Below, piece by piece: positions 36,522 through 49,984 of a stretch of DNA of 64,000 bases. Location: the NCBI GenBank assembly GCA_002269645.1, contig NIVC01001390.1, forward strand, positions 186,001 to 250,000. The letters are read 5' to 3'. Numbering within the stretch: position 1 is the stretch's first letter; the number at the start of each line of letters is the position of its first letter. The stretch comes from Macrostomum lignano (taxonomy: Eukaryota). The notes under the pieces were generated by a model. That model saw only the letters and a program-made list of their open reading frames with translations. It ran no database searches and had not been told where the DNA came from. Position numbers and translations under genes: made by a program.

Positions 36522-39500
36522 ATGCTTTGGTCAGCAGCGGCTATGCATCTCAGTCGGTTTGCAGCACTGATTCTGCCTGCGCTGTGCCTGACTCGCTCAG
36601 CGGCACTCGGCTCAGAGTCCGACTGCTACTCACCGACATCCGCTGCTACACGCTACGATAGCAAAGCTGTCTTTGGTAACCATGGCGACCAGGAACAACG
36701 CGAAGCCAAATATTGCGAGCCGCCATTCGAAAATCTGGCTGTCAATCGCCAGGTAGTTGCCAGCAGCACCTGTGGCAGCCCCCCAATTCGAGTCTGCAGT
36801 CGTAGAGGTTTCTGCGACCTGTGCGACTCTGAGCAGCGGAAGTTGAGCTATTCAGCCAGTCACCTGACCGACTATCACGTGCACAGCACCTGTTGGATTT
36901 CCGGTCGAGTTTCCCCTGACGATTCAGGTGTGAATCTGACGCTCAGCTTGGGCAAGAAGCACACGGTTTATTACGTGAGTCTGACAGACTGCGGATTGGG
37001 GCTGCCCGACGCTATTGAGGCCTACAAGTCAGCGGACTTCGGTGCCACCTGGCAGCTGTGGCACCTGTTCTCCAACAACTGCAGTGCCGACTATCCAGGG
37101 CACAGGGCCGGCTATTCGTACGACTTTGGAGTTTATATTAGTAAGGGGATAATGCTAGTTTCTTCTGCAGTACGTGTATTGTATGTGTTGAATTTTTGTA
37201 AGTTGCCTGTACTTAATTACATCCGTAATGTAGGTGTAAGTTGCCTGTACTTAATTACATCCGTAATGTAGGTGTAAGTTGCCTGTACTTAATTACATCC
37301 GTAATGTAGGTGTAAGTTGCCTGTACTTAATGACATACGTAATTTTAGACACCTGTACTTAATTTAATTGCATCCGTAACGTTAAATAACTGTACTTAAT
37401 TACATCCGTTGTGTAAGCTACCTGTGCTTAATGTCATATCATCCGTAATGTAAGCTACCTGTACTTTGAGATATCCCTGACGAATTCTGGGTTGCATATT
37501 GAAGTTACCTTTTTCAAGGTACATCACGCACTCTCTCTCTCTGGACCCTTCACTCTCGCCGTTCCTCAAAGATCCTCGCGAAGTGGTCTGCAGCGACACC
37601 AGCCAGGTGGATCCTGCCGTCCCCGGATCGGCCAACTCCGACACCGACAAGTTCGACTCTTCGCCACACTCCGACGAAAATCGAAGAAGCAACTCGATGG
37701 ATCGAATCGTCCTGAGCTTCAGCACGAACTTCAAGCGCTATCGGCCGCAGGAAGATCGCGATCGCGACCCAATCATCGCCGACTGGATGCTGGCGACCGA
37801 CATCCGGCTGCTGCTCCGACGCAAGCAGCGCCGACAGCAGTCGCCACTCTCGGATTGGAGAAGCCGTCGTCGAGATTTTCCAGCTGTTGCCGTTGGCGAC
37901 GCTTTCGCCCTTTCGAATATCGACGTTGGCGGCCGGTGCTTCTGCAACGGGCACGCGGCCCGGTGCCTGCCGAACTCGAAGGCGGGCGGGCCGGGAGCCA
38001 GCGTCTGCGACTGCCAGCACGGCACCGAGGGCGAGGACTGCGAGCGGTGCAAGCCGTTCTGGGTCGACCTGCCGTGGAGGCGCGGCACGCAGGAGCAGCC
38101 GACGCAGTGTCGACGTGAGTGGCCTGACTTGGCCTTTAGCTCGGGGTGTTTATCAGTTTAGCTAGCTATGGGGTGTTTATCAGTTTAGCTAGCTGTGTGG
38201 TGTTTATCAGTTTAGCTAGCTATGTGGTGTTTATCAGTTTAGCTAGCTATGGGGTGTTTATCACTTTAGCTAGCTATGGGTGTTTATCAGTTTAGCTAGC
38301 TATGGGGTGTTTATCAGTTTAGCTAGCTGTGTGGTGTTTATCAGTTTAGCTAGCTATGGGGTGTTTATCAGTTTAGCTAGCTATGGGGTGTTTATCAGTT
38401 TAGCTAGCTCTAGGGCGGGAGCCGTAGCCCAGTGGCCCAGCCCGGCGCTCTGATGTGCCAGCGGCCCAGGCTCGATTCCAAGTGCAGTCGCATTAATTTG
38501 GGGCTAAATTGGAATCTCGGCTTGGCTCTGCTCGTGCAATTAACAACAAAGCCCTTGAGAGCCAGCTTCCAAGGCACAGTGAAGTGTACACTCCTGTGCG
38601 ATGTGTGCCTGTGGGTATGACGTATCCGCGAGCTTGTGTGCCTGCTCAGGGAAGTCGGCGTAATGGGCAGCAATGCCTCTCGCCGGTTGTGTGACAATGT
38701 CGCTTAAAGTGCGCCAGGGTGCACACAACCCTTTGCTTCTAGTAAAACAAAGATCTAGGGTGTTTATCAGCGTGTAGGAACAAAAGGCAAGACTGAGATT
38801 CACTGGGTCTGAGTATCCATTAAGTATCTCTCTGAAAGGAAACTAACCCAAGAGACAGCTGGGAATTCAAAAATAAAAAACATATTTAAACATGTTCGTG
38901 ACCAGTTAATGAGTGGTCATTGCGTGATAAGTCTGTGATTGCTCAATTTCTAGGGCAGTTCATTAGCAAAAAATTTTTCTGGTGCTGTGGAAGTGGGCAC
39001 CAGTAATTACCAATAAGTTGCCAAGGACCACTTAAGGACTACTGAAGTGACTTCAGTGGTCCTTGTAGGTTGCCAGATTGAAACGGAATTTCGATTAAAA
39101 ATTCACTTTTTTTCCAAGCTGATGTGCGAAATAAATTTAATTTAGGTCTAATTTTTATTACCCATTTTATGATCTTTTTTATACCCTGACACGCAAGCCA
39201 AACTTCTGGCTTCCGATGTAGCTTTGTTGGAATAGAGTTGTATTGAGAGTGATAGAGGAGCGAGGCTGGGAGAGTGACGGGAGTGAGGCTGAGAGAGTGA
39301 CAGTGTGAGGCTGAGAGAGTGACAGGGGAGTGAGGCTGAGAGAGTGACCGTGTGAGGCTGAAAGAGTGACAGTGTGAGGCTGAAAGAGTGACAGTGTGAG
39401 GCTGAAAGAGTGACAGTGTGAGGCTGAAAGAGTGACTGTGTGAGGCTGAAAGAGTGACAGTGTGAGGCTGAAAGAGTGACAGTGTGAGGCTGAAAGAGTG

Positions 39501-42500
39501 ACAGTGTGAGGCTGAAAGAGTGACAGTGTTAGGCTGAAAGAGTGACAGTGTGAGGCTGAAAGAGTGACAGTGTGAGGCTGAAAGAGTGACAGTGTGACGC
39601 TGAAGGATTGACAAGGGAGCGAGGCTGAAAGAGTGACAGTGTGAGGCTGAAAGAGTGACAGTGTGAGGCTGAGAGAGTGACAGTGTGAGGCTGAGAGAGT
39701 GACAGGGAAGTGAGGCTGAGAGAGTGACCGTGTGAGGCTGAAAGAGTGACAGTGTGAGGCTGAAAGAGTGACAGTGTGAGGCTGAAAGAGTGACAGTGTG
39801 AGGCTGAAAGAGTGACAGTGTGAGGCTGAAAGAGTGACTGTGTGAGGCTGAAAGAGTGACAGTGTGAGGCTGAAAGAGTGACAGTGTGAGACTGAAAGAG
39901 TGACAGTGTGAGGCTGAAAGAGTGACAGTGTGAGGCTGAAAGAGTGTCAGTGTGAGGCTGAAAGAGTGACAGTGTGAGGCTGAAAGAGTGACAGTGTGAG
40001 GCTGAAAGAGTGACAGTGTGAGGCTGAAAGAGTGACAGTGTGAGGCTGAAAGAGTGACAGTGTGAGGCTGAAAGAGTGTCAGTGTGAGGCTGAAAGAGTG
40101 ACAGTGTGAGGCTGAAAGAGTGACAGTGTGAGGCTGAAAGAGTGACAGTGTGAGGCTGAAAGAGTGACAGTGTGAGGCTGAAAGAGTGACAGTGTGAGGC
40201 TGAAAGAGTGACAGTGTGAGGCTGAAAGAGTGACAGTGTGAGGCTGTGAGAGTGACCGTGTGAGGCTTAGAGAGTGACATAGGAGTGAGGCTGAGAGAGT
40301 GACAGGGGAGTGAGGCTGAGAGAGTGACAGGGGAGTGAGGCTGAGAGAGTGACAGGGAGTGAGGCTGAGAGAGTGACAGTGTGAGGCTGAGAGAGTGACA
40401 GAGTGAGGCTGAGAGAGTGACAGAGCGAGGCTGAGAGAGTGACAGAGGAGTGAGGCTGAGAGAGTGACAGTGTGGTGCTGAGAGGGACGATATGAGGCTA
40501 AAAGAGTGACAGCTAGGAGTGCGGCTCTGAGACCCTGCAAGGACCACAAGCCGCAATAATTGTCTGACAGTGGTGACTCATGTCGCACTCATGTCAAGCA
40601 GGTAAGAAGTTACCTACCTTCGAGCAGGACTGCCCACTTAACTTTTCATTACTCTCAAGGCAATAACGCTGATCTTTATTGTTTCGCTGGGATAATGTTC
40701 TCTAGAAATATAATAGGCTATGTATTTTATTCTTTAGAAGCAACAACAATAGCCTAAACCTACACAGATAGAATACGCTCAGTTGAGAGAAAGAGAACTG
40801 AGAGAAAGAAATGCCAATGCATCAGAGAGAATCAAGAGGAATTGCGCAGCAAAGGCACAAAATTATGATAAAAAGTTCGTATTTTATCATCTGTGTGCCA
40901 TTTTTTACTTTTTTTAATTATCTAATATTCGCCGTTTAGAACACTGACCCCTACTGGGCTGGCACGACTAAACGGCGCGTGGTTAAATCTTGAATTTATA
41001 GCCCGAAAAATGTGACTTATGCAAAATCCTTTGAGTTATTTAGCGTAGATTGCTAGATGGTTATTGGACTGGTAATTAAAGATAAGGATAGAGGCTTGGC
41101 ATGAGAGAAGGCGGGATTAATTAGTGAGACAGAGAGTGAGAAGAGATAAGACAGAGTGAGATAAGATAAGAGAGACTGAGAAGAGATAAGAGAGAGCGAG
41201 AAGAGATAAGAGAGGCTGAGAAGAGATAAGAGAGGCTGAGAAGAGATTAGAGAGGCTGAGAAGAGATTAGAGAGGCTGAGAAGAGATTAGAGAGGCTGAG
41301 AAGAGATTAGAGAGGCTGAGAAGAGATTAGAGAGGCTGAGAAGAGATAAGAGAGAGCGAGAAGAGATAAGACAGAGCGAGAAGAGATAAGAGAGGCTGAG
41401 AAGAGATAAGAGAGAGCGAGAAGAGATAAGACAGAGCGAGAAGAGATAAGAGAGGCTGAGAAGAGATAAGAGAGGCTGAGAAGAGATAAGAGAGGCTGAG
41501 AAGAGATAAGAGAGGCTGAGAAGAAATAAGAGAGGCTGAGAAGAGATAAGAGAGGCTGAGAAGAGATAAGAGAGGCTGAGAAGAGATAAGAGAGGCTGAG
41601 AAGAGATAAGAGAGGCTGAGAAGAGATAAGAGAGGCTGAGAAGAGATAAGAGAAGCTGAGAAGAGATAAGAGAGGCTGAGAAGAGATAAGAGAGGCTGAG
41701 AAGAGATTAGAGAGGCTGAGAAGAGATAAGAGAGAGCGAGAAGAGATAAGAAAAGCTGAGAAGAGATAAGAGAAGCTGAGAAGAGATAAGAGAGGCTGAG
41801 AAGAGATAAGAGAGGCTGAGAAGAGATAAGAGAGGCTGAGAAGAGATAAGAGAAGCTGAGAAGAGATAAGAGAGGCTGAGAAGAGATAAGAGAGGCTGAG
41901 AAGAGATAAGAGAGGCTGAGAAGAGATTAGAGAGGCTGAGAAGAGATAAGAGAGAGCGAGAAGAGATAAGAAAAGCTGAGAAGAGATAAGAGAAGCTGAG
42001 AAGAGATAAGAGAGGCTGAGAAGAGATAAGAGAGGCTGAGAAGAGATAAGAGAGGCTGAGAAGAGATAAGAGAGGCTGAGAAGAGATAAGAGAAGCTGAG
42101 AAGAGATAAGAGAGGCTGAGAAGAGATAAGAGAGGCTGAGAAGAGATTAGAGAGGCTGAGAAGAGATAAGAGAGAGCGAGAAGAGATAAGAAAAGCTGAG
42201 AAGAGATAAGAGAAGCTGAGAAGAGATAAGAGAGGCTGAGAAGAGATTAGAGAGGCTGAGAAGAGATTAGAGAGGCTGAGAAGAGATAAGACAGAGCGAG
42301 AAGAGATAAGAGAAGCTGAGAAGAGATAAGAGAGGCTGAGAAGAGATTAGAGAGGCTGGGAAGAGATAAGACAGAGCGAGAAGAGATAAGAGAGGCTGAG
42401 AAGAGATAAGAGAGGCTGAGAAGAACCGGAACTAAGATCGAGTCAAAAACTCGATGCATGAGAGAGGACAGACGGAGCGGTCAACAGAAATGTTATTACT

Positions 42501-45500
42501 GCGTGATCCAGCCAGACTGAGCCAAGAAGGCCCTCCCGGGCCAGGCAAGCAGGGCACCCGGGCCCAGCAAATATCGCCTTCAGGCTGCGCTGAACAAGCC
42601 GAGACAGACAGGGAAGTGAAGAGAAAGTTCCTTAAGGCGCAATCCACTCCGCGGAGTTCCTGGAGTCACGGCGACGATGTCAAGGATAGAGAGAGAGAGA
42701 GGGGGGATGCGTGTGACCGTCGAGTTCGCCCAGCAACCCCTCGGCGTGATTAATTGGCTCGGGGCCGCTTGGAGACCGCGTGTGGCATCTGATCCACTTC
42801 TGCTCCTCGAAGCAATCTGATCCTCTGTAAGCAACTTTGTGCTGCAGAGTCAAACCAACTATACTATTGCCTCTATCTGTCTTCTGACGTCTTGCTTTCA
42901 CACTCTGACTCTCTCTCTCTCTCAGCCTCACTTTCCTGCCAGATATCTTATCCGCGACTTATCGAGTTAACGCCTGCTGTTCCACTTTGTCAGCAGGGCA
43001 TCGATTCGGGCCGCTTTATACTAGTCATATTTTATAGCTGCACCGTTTGTATCGCAGCTTCAGCTAACGGCTGCTGGGACAGGGCTTCGTGGATTAGGTT
43101 CGGATAGACAGAAGTAAAAAATCAGAACTTAATTCAGCGCAGAGTTTTGGATGCTGGATTCTGGCGTTTCCCATTGACAGGGTGCTTGATTTAGTATCAA
43201 TAAGTTTGGTGAATATCAATATCGAACAGGTGCTTAATGACAGGGGCGCCAACCAAAGAGTCAGGGGCGTCAACCAAAGAGACAGGGGCGTCCAACAAGA
43301 GACAGGGGCGTCCAACAAGAGACAGGGGCGCCCACCAAGAGACAGGGGCGCCCAACAAGAGACAGGGGCGCCCAACAAGAGACAGGGGCGCCCAACAAGA
43401 GACAGGGGCGTCCAACAAGAGACAGGGGCGCCCACCAAGAGACAGGGGCGCCCAACAAGAGACAGGGGCGTCCAACAAGAGACAGGGGCGCCCAACAAGA
43501 GACAGGGGCGTCCAACAAGAGACAGGGGCGTCCAACAAGAGACAGGGGCGCCCAACAAGAGACAGGGGCGCCCAACAAGAGACAGGGGCGCCCTCCAAGA
43601 GACAGGGGTGTCCAACAAGAGACAGGGGCGCCCAACAAGAGACAGGGGCGCCCAACAAGAGACAGGGGCGCCCTCCAAGAGACACGGGTGTCCAACAAGA
43701 GACAGGGGCCCCTCCAATTTAAATATTTTATTAAGCAGGTGCCTTTTGATCGGCAGCAGTTTGTGGACCCATCAGACTTGACAATGCTATCTGCCCATTT
43801 GACATTCTACGACTATCCAACCTTACCCAACCAAAGGTTGCCAGTGCAACGGTCACACCGACCGCTGTCACTTCGATGCCAGCACCTACCAGTTCTCAGC
43901 CCAGCCTAAAAGTGCGGGCGTCTGTCTGGGTTGTCGGCACAACACGGCTGGAAGGAACTGCCAGTACTGCCGGCCTGGGTATCACAGGAACTGGCTGGCT
44001 GCGGTGGACAGCGTGAGGGTCTGCACCCGTGAGTCCGGCTATCTACCAGTCTATCTACCTGTCTATCTACCTGTCTATCTACCTGTCTATCTACCTGTCT
44101 ATCTACCTGTCCATCTACCTGTCTATCTACCTGTCTATCTACCCGTCTATCTATCTATCTACCTGTCTATCTACCTGTCTATCTACCCGTCTATCTACCT
44201 GTCCATCTACCTGTCTATCTTCCTGTCCATCTACCTGTCTATCTACCTGTCTATCTACCTGTCCATCTACCTGTCTATCTACCTGTCTATCTATTTGCAG
44301 TGTGCAACTGCCATCCACTGGGATCCACTAGCGGTATCTGCGACCGGGACACGGGCCGATGCGTCTGCAAGTCAGGTGTTGGCGGCGAGAAGTGCGACCG
44401 CTGCTTAGCTGGTTTTGAGCAGACAAGCGACCCGGCTGCTCCGTGCAGGCGACCGCAGGACAAAGTAAAAGGTACCGAGCTTGAATTGGGTGGTGCGATT
44501 TAATTTTTTTTAAATTTTTGATATTCATAGAAAAAAACCACAATGTTCTTGGTAAGGTACCAACTGTTTTCTAGCAAAAGTATCGACGAACTGTTTTCTT
44601 AGAAACGTGTCAATTTTTTTAGAAACGTGCCAAATGTTTTCTTTGAAACGTGCCAAATGTTTTCTTAGAAACGTGCCAAGTTTTTCTTAGAAACGTGCCA
44701 AATTTTTCTTAGAAACGTGCCAAATTTTTCTTAGAAACGTGCCAAATGTTTTCTTAAAAACGTGCCAAATGTTTACAAAGAAACGTGCCAAATGTTTTCT
44801 TAGAAACGTGCCAAATGTTTTCTTAGAAACGTGCCAAATGTTTACAAAGAAACGTGCCAAATGTTTTCTTAGAAACGTGCCAAATGTTTACTTAGAAACG
44901 TGCCAAATGTTTACTTAGAAACGTGCTAAATGTTTTCTTAGAAACGTGCCAAATGTTTTCTTAGAAACTGCCAAATGTTTTCTTAGAAACGTGCCAAATG
45001 TTTACAAAGAAACGTGCCAAATGTTTTCTTAGAAACTTGCCAAATGTTTACAAAGAAACGTGCTAAATGTTTTCTTAGAAACTTGCCAAATGTTTTCTTA
45101 GAAACGTGCCAAATGTTTTCTTAGAAACGTGCCAAATTTTTTCTTAGAAAGGTATTGACGGTTTTCTTAGAAAAATCCGCAAAATCTCTTCTTAGAAAGT
45201 TATCAACTGTTTTCCGAAGAAGGTTGACGAACTCTTTTCTTAGAAAGATACCTAAATGTTTTCTCAGAAATGTGTTCATTGTTTTCTTGAAAAGCTATCA
45301 GCTTTTTTTCTTAGAAAGAGTACCAAAAACCGTTTACTTGAATTTGTATCAAATTTTTAATGCGAAAAGCAACTTTATTTTTTTCTTTAAAAGTTTTCAA
45401 TTCTGTTTGGGAAAAAAATGATAGCCACCTTTTTCATGGGGAGATGCGCTCAATTTCTAGACAAATGACCTACCAGTTTCTTAGAAAGGTCTCAATGTGT

Positions 45501-48154
45501 CTAATGCTTCTAAGTCATTAGCATATTTGTATGGCAGAAAACATTACACTCTATACCTGACATTAGTCATATACAAGTGGTGGAAAGCCATCCACTCGAT
45601 CCCCGATTTTTTCATCTCAGCCTGGCTTTCATCCTGTAACTGAAGTTGTCAGCTCTTCACCACTTGATCACGGTTCTTCGACTGATTGAAGATCGGAAAA
45701 GCTAAAATCTGTTCCAAAAAACGATCGCTTTAAAAGCATCAGACGCCCTTTAAAAATTCTGGCTGGCTAATTGCCACATCGTGTTTCTTCCTCTCCCCGA
45801 CAGATTGCCGGCCAAAAAAATTGAAAGCTGAAAAAACATCAGATAGAAGCAGATGCGGCGGGAAAGATTGCATGCATTCTTGGAAATGAAGTATCCTCAG
45901 TCAATTACGCCTCTATTTGAAGCAGTCAGGATCGGATGAAATCGTGACGTAGAGGATGGACCGTCAATAAGATTAAGAATCCTGCAAGGATTCATTGAGG
46001 ATTTCAAACTACAAAACTGACCACGTGACGCACAGTTGGGCTGGCTGATGAGGGATTGCGAAGAGCGGAGGGCGAAGACTGGATGCATTGAAGCTTCCGC
46101 CCGGTTTTCATTGTTTTTTTCAAGCATGTTTTAATATCAAAATGGTTAGCCAGGTGATAAACGCTGGTCGAAAGACACTCTGCTCACTGGGGCAAAGGGT
46201 GGCGGCATTTTAATGTTGCTGAGTATGGCCCATACCTCTGAGGGGCCGTAGCTTAGTGGTCAAGTGCGGCGCTCTGGTGTGCCAGCGGCTCAGGCTCGAT
46301 TCCCAGTGCATTAATTTGTGGCTAAATTGGAATCTCGGCTTGGCTCTGCTCGGCCAATGCCCAAAGCACAGTGAAGTGTACATATCTGTGTGAGTGTGTG
46401 CCTGTGTGTGTGACTGCGTACGTATTCACGCGCTTGTGTGCCTGTTCAGGGGAGTCGGCGAAATGGGCAGTAATGCCTCTCGCCGGTTGTGTGACAATGT
46501 CGCTTTAAAGTGCGCCAGGGTGCACACAGGCCAACAAACTAACTCTAGGTAGACTATCTACCTCTGTAAGCTTTTACCTTTCAGGGCTCATTCACACTGC
46601 TGTAAATTAGCCATCAAATCACTCGACCGATGTACAAAGTTTTTGTCACACTACTTTGGTCTTATCTTAGTGGTGGTGAACGAGCCTTCAGCTTTGTGCG
46701 TCACTCAAAAATTTCAATCTACCCGCAGATGTCGATCGGTCAGCGTCGCCAAAAACAGAGACTGACTCAGCAGAATCGGCCTCGGCGACCGAGAGAACAA
46801 AGACGTCAGATGGTGAAGGTGAATGTCTTAGGTTACATTTTTTGACAGAAATTCCGGTCATCAAATATGGTTTGAAAGAAGACCAGAAGGGTGTTGCGAA
46901 ATGTGTCAGCTATTTGAAAAATCCATCAGAGAAGAAGGTAACCAAGTGCTATTCCAGCTGACTAAGACGTGTTGAAGCTCTTGAATAGAAGAATCTTGTA
47001 TTACGTAACTCCACTTGTGACTCTGTAACTTCGTCCAAGTTTTTTAAAGAGAGCGAACAACCAACAGGCAGGGGAGACACTGCAGACTTACTAATTTCCT
47101 TTGAATGACCAAATTTAGAACAGTTGGGATTTGAATTTAAATAGTATAGCTGAAACTCGTATGCATCCAAGTTGTGGAATTCCGCTGAAAACACCTTTAC
47201 CAAATAGATGGACGCAAATGAATATTTCAGGGTTCAAAACGTTTTGTTGAAGCCAATTAGCGCGGGTAAAAAAATGATCTGTTTACCAAGGGGGGGGTAC
47301 AGGATGCTAGTGTGAAAAGGTGCTAATCTATTTAGCAGACTAGTCTGGCTCGTGTGCAATTCATGGAATTCCTTTGTGTTCCGTGTATATCGTGGCGTCG
47401 GGTGACACCCATATATGGGACGAGCTACCAAAGCACGGATATCAGCTTTAACACCAGGAAGTTGTACGATTTTCATCCGACATCCTAAGTCACAATTCAG
47501 GATGCAAGCTAGCGTCAGTGAAAGGTTCAAAATCAAATGAATAACCAACATTCTCCCCCTATACCCTTTACACTTGTGAGCCGTACATTCTGATGTACGA
47601 AATCACGGGACCCAACTCACAGACTCAAAGAAACTAACTCCTCACTTGTTACAGATGTCGACGAGAAGTCTGCAGTCCGCAGCTCAAAGCAAAAAAAGTG
47701 TCCAACAAAATGCGCGTCGAATAGCAGACGTTTAAGCAGGGCCAACTACAGAAATGTTGACTGGGGTAAGCAGAGCTTTATCCAATCCGAAATTGCCGTT
47801 TTGAACTGGAAATCTGGGCGGTCTTCAGTCCCAGTGTGAAATCCGCAATCCAGAAACTGAAAATACGGCAGCTTCTCTTGGGAATTTTTATTCAACTCGT
47901 TAAAACCATTCGGGCATTGAAATTGAAATTTTTCCTGTGTATTTCTCGACGCATGGATTACTAAGAGTTTCTGGCAGCAGTTTTGGACGTTTAGGACCGT
48001 AGGCTTTTATGGTTTAGAAAAATACATTAGAAGGAAAGAACCTGCTTGAAATTTTTTCCTTGCCATTTTTTGCATCGATAGAGTGAGACAGACATGAGAG
48101 AGAGTGAGACAGACATGAGAGAGGGTGAGACGGACAGAAGAGAAAGTGAGAGAG

Positions 48155-48199
<45 letters not shown>

Positions 48200-48201
48200 A
48201 A

Positions 48202-48275
<74 letters not shown>

Positions 48276-49178
48276 GCTCTGGCGCCCCTGGTGCTGGCGC
48301 CCCTGGTGCTGGCGCCCCTGGTGCTGGCGCCCCTGGTGCTGGCGCCCCTGGTGCTGGCGCCCCTGGTGCTGGCGCCCCTGGTGCTGGCGCCCCTGGTGCT
48401 GGCGCCCCTGGTGCTGGCGCCCCTGGTGCTGGCGCCCCTGGTGCTGGCGCCCCTGGTGCTGGCGCCCCTGGTGCTGGCGCCCCTGGTGCTGGCGCCCCTG
48501 GTGCTGGCGCCCCTGGTGCTGGCGCCCCTGCCCCTGGTGCTAAAGCCCGTTAAATAGTTCCTTCACTAGTTAATAAATAGGATATTCTCAACGACGTCAC
48601 TTCAACTTGCATTGGTGACATACAGGAATCTACGAGCTACAATTGGCCCAACACTTCATGCGTTTACTCAGAGCTGCAGTCACGAATTTTTCCAAGAAAA
48701 AAAAATTTCCTTGACTTCCTTAATTGCAGCCGTGGCCTTCTTAGTTCAACGCGTCGTTTTTGAACGCCGCTGGGTGAGAGTGGTTGGCACCGTTCAGCTC
48801 ACCATTCGCTGCTCAATGCCGACCGATCCGTCGGATCGAAACCTCATCGGCTCCTGCGACAGCCCGGCCGGATCCACCACAACTGAGTTGTACATCCGTC
48901 GACGCCACTGGGACTGCAGCTGTCCGCCGCAGTTGCAGCCCGGCTTGCCCTATCTGGTCCTGCGTCGCCTACCGAAACGAGAGCGTCGACAGCGTTTGGC
49001 GCGTAGGCGTCGTCGACGGCGAAGACGACAGTCGATGCTGCTGCGACGTGACATTGTCTGGCCGTGGACTGTCCAACTGCAGGAGCGTCTGCAGCGGCTG
49101 GAAGCTACGGGGGGACGAGGTCGGAGAAGACAGCGACGGCGGCAGAAGAGGCGAGACAACCGCAGTGGCAGGGACTGA
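36522..49178 (+). CDS. Netrin family protein (signal peptide, laminin N-terminal, 3 laminin-EGF, NTR/C345C), ~690 aa
   Basis: Exons 36522 (or ATG 36543)-37140, 37572-38114, 43837-44028, 44301-44471, 47655-47765, 48730-49178, all phase-1 GT-AG, frame open. Motifs SSTCG, LTLSLGKK..YVSL, KSADFGATW, DWMLATDI, GGRCFCNGH, three LE repeats, and WDCSCP in the NTR module. Confidence 0.9.
37197..37343. repeat. 38-bp tandem repeat (~4 copies), netrin intron 1
   Basis: GTAAGTTGCCTGTACTTAATTACATCCGTAATGTAGGT. Confidence 0.9.
38143..38410. repeat. 27-bp minisatellite, netrin intron 2
   Basis: GTGTTTATCAGTTTAGCTAGCTATGGG. Confidence 0.95.
38417..38727 (+). mobile_element. tRNA-derived SINE family B, copy 1
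   Basis: A-box-like TAGCCCAGTGG, B-box-like GGCTCGATTCC; ~310-bp body shared with 46242-46528 and 50932-51268. Confidence 0.75.
39255..40510. repeat. 20-bp minisatellite, netrin intron 2
   Basis: GTGAGGCTGAAAGAGTGACA. Confidence 0.95.
41125..42425. repeat. 20-bp purine-rich minisatellite, netrin intron 2
   Basis: AGAAGAGATAAGAGAGGCTG. Confidence 0.95.
43240..43712. repeat. 20-bp minisatellite, netrin intron 2
   Basis: CAAGAGACAGGGGCGCCCAA. Confidence 0.95.
44038..44295. repeat. 12-bp repeat filling netrin intron 3
   Basis: TCTATCTACCTG. Confidence 0.95.
44595..45150. repeat. 23-bp minisatellite, netrin intron 4
   Basis: TAGAAACGTGCCAAATGTTTTCT. Confidence 0.95.
46242..46528 (+). mobile_element. 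SINE family B, copy 2
   Basis: Collinear with copy 1; head GGGGCCGTAGCTTAGTGG. Confidence 0.75.
48095..48545. repeat. (GA)n microsatellite followed by a 15-bp minisatellite, last netrin intron
   Basis: (GA)n to ~48272, then GGCGCCCCTGGTGCT for about 17 copies. Confidence 0.95.
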
Positions 49179-49984
49179 TGCGCTTGTACCGACTGTGAAT
49201 ACTCAACCAGACAGTTTAAAATGTATCATTGTGTGTGGCGTCACATTTCATTATTAATCAATTTGCACGCTTTCCAATGCAGCTCGAAGTGAACTTCAAT
49301 CAATAAATGTTCGGCAAGTTACGTCCGTCATGTGCCGTCGGTCTGCATAGCCTGTACCGTCACTTCGGGCTCTTCACCTCACGCGTAATACAAATCAGTT
49401 TTCACCAAAGTAATTTGTTATTTTGTTTAACTATTTGTTGTCCTAATTTTTGTATGCACTACTCGATACTTACAGTAGTAAACTCTGACAAAGTTTTAAC
49501 AGCAAATTTCGCAACATCAATTCATCCCCTCTATCAAATAAAATTTATCACACTAACCATTGTTGTGTTCTGAGGAATTTTATCCCTATTCATGTACATT
49601 GTAAATAGCTAGGTTAATAGTTTACCATTGCAGCCTGTACTCTTCTGTCGTGTTTTTATTTAGATTATTAAGCAAACCTTAGTAAGCTTGTAACTGTTTC
49701 ATTGACGCGATCTTGTGCTGATTATTTAGAGTTTAAGTCTGCATTGTTTGGTATAATTAAACCTAACAGAAATAAACAAAAATATGCAAGGTCAAAAAGG
49801 TTTGATTGCTTCCCTGCCATCAGACGGAAAAATAAAGTGCTTAAATTTTTGCATTTAAATATTCAAGTCAGTAGGATTCAAGGTGAACTCAGGTCTATGA
49901 GCACTTATGGTATATGAGCACTTGCGGCTGCTGGCTCTTGAGCAGATTTACTTTTCACTCTCTTCGTCTCCCTCACCCGTCTCT

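Noticed and set aside
42454-42753. Collagen-like GPPGPG ORF in netrin intron 2
   Set aside because: No Gly-X-Y run and no supported splice sites; the flanking LE1 and LE2 exons join directly.
36522-49178. Laminin chain rather than netrin
   Set aside because: Exactly three LE repeats followed by an NTR-type module and a stop, with no coiled-coil region.
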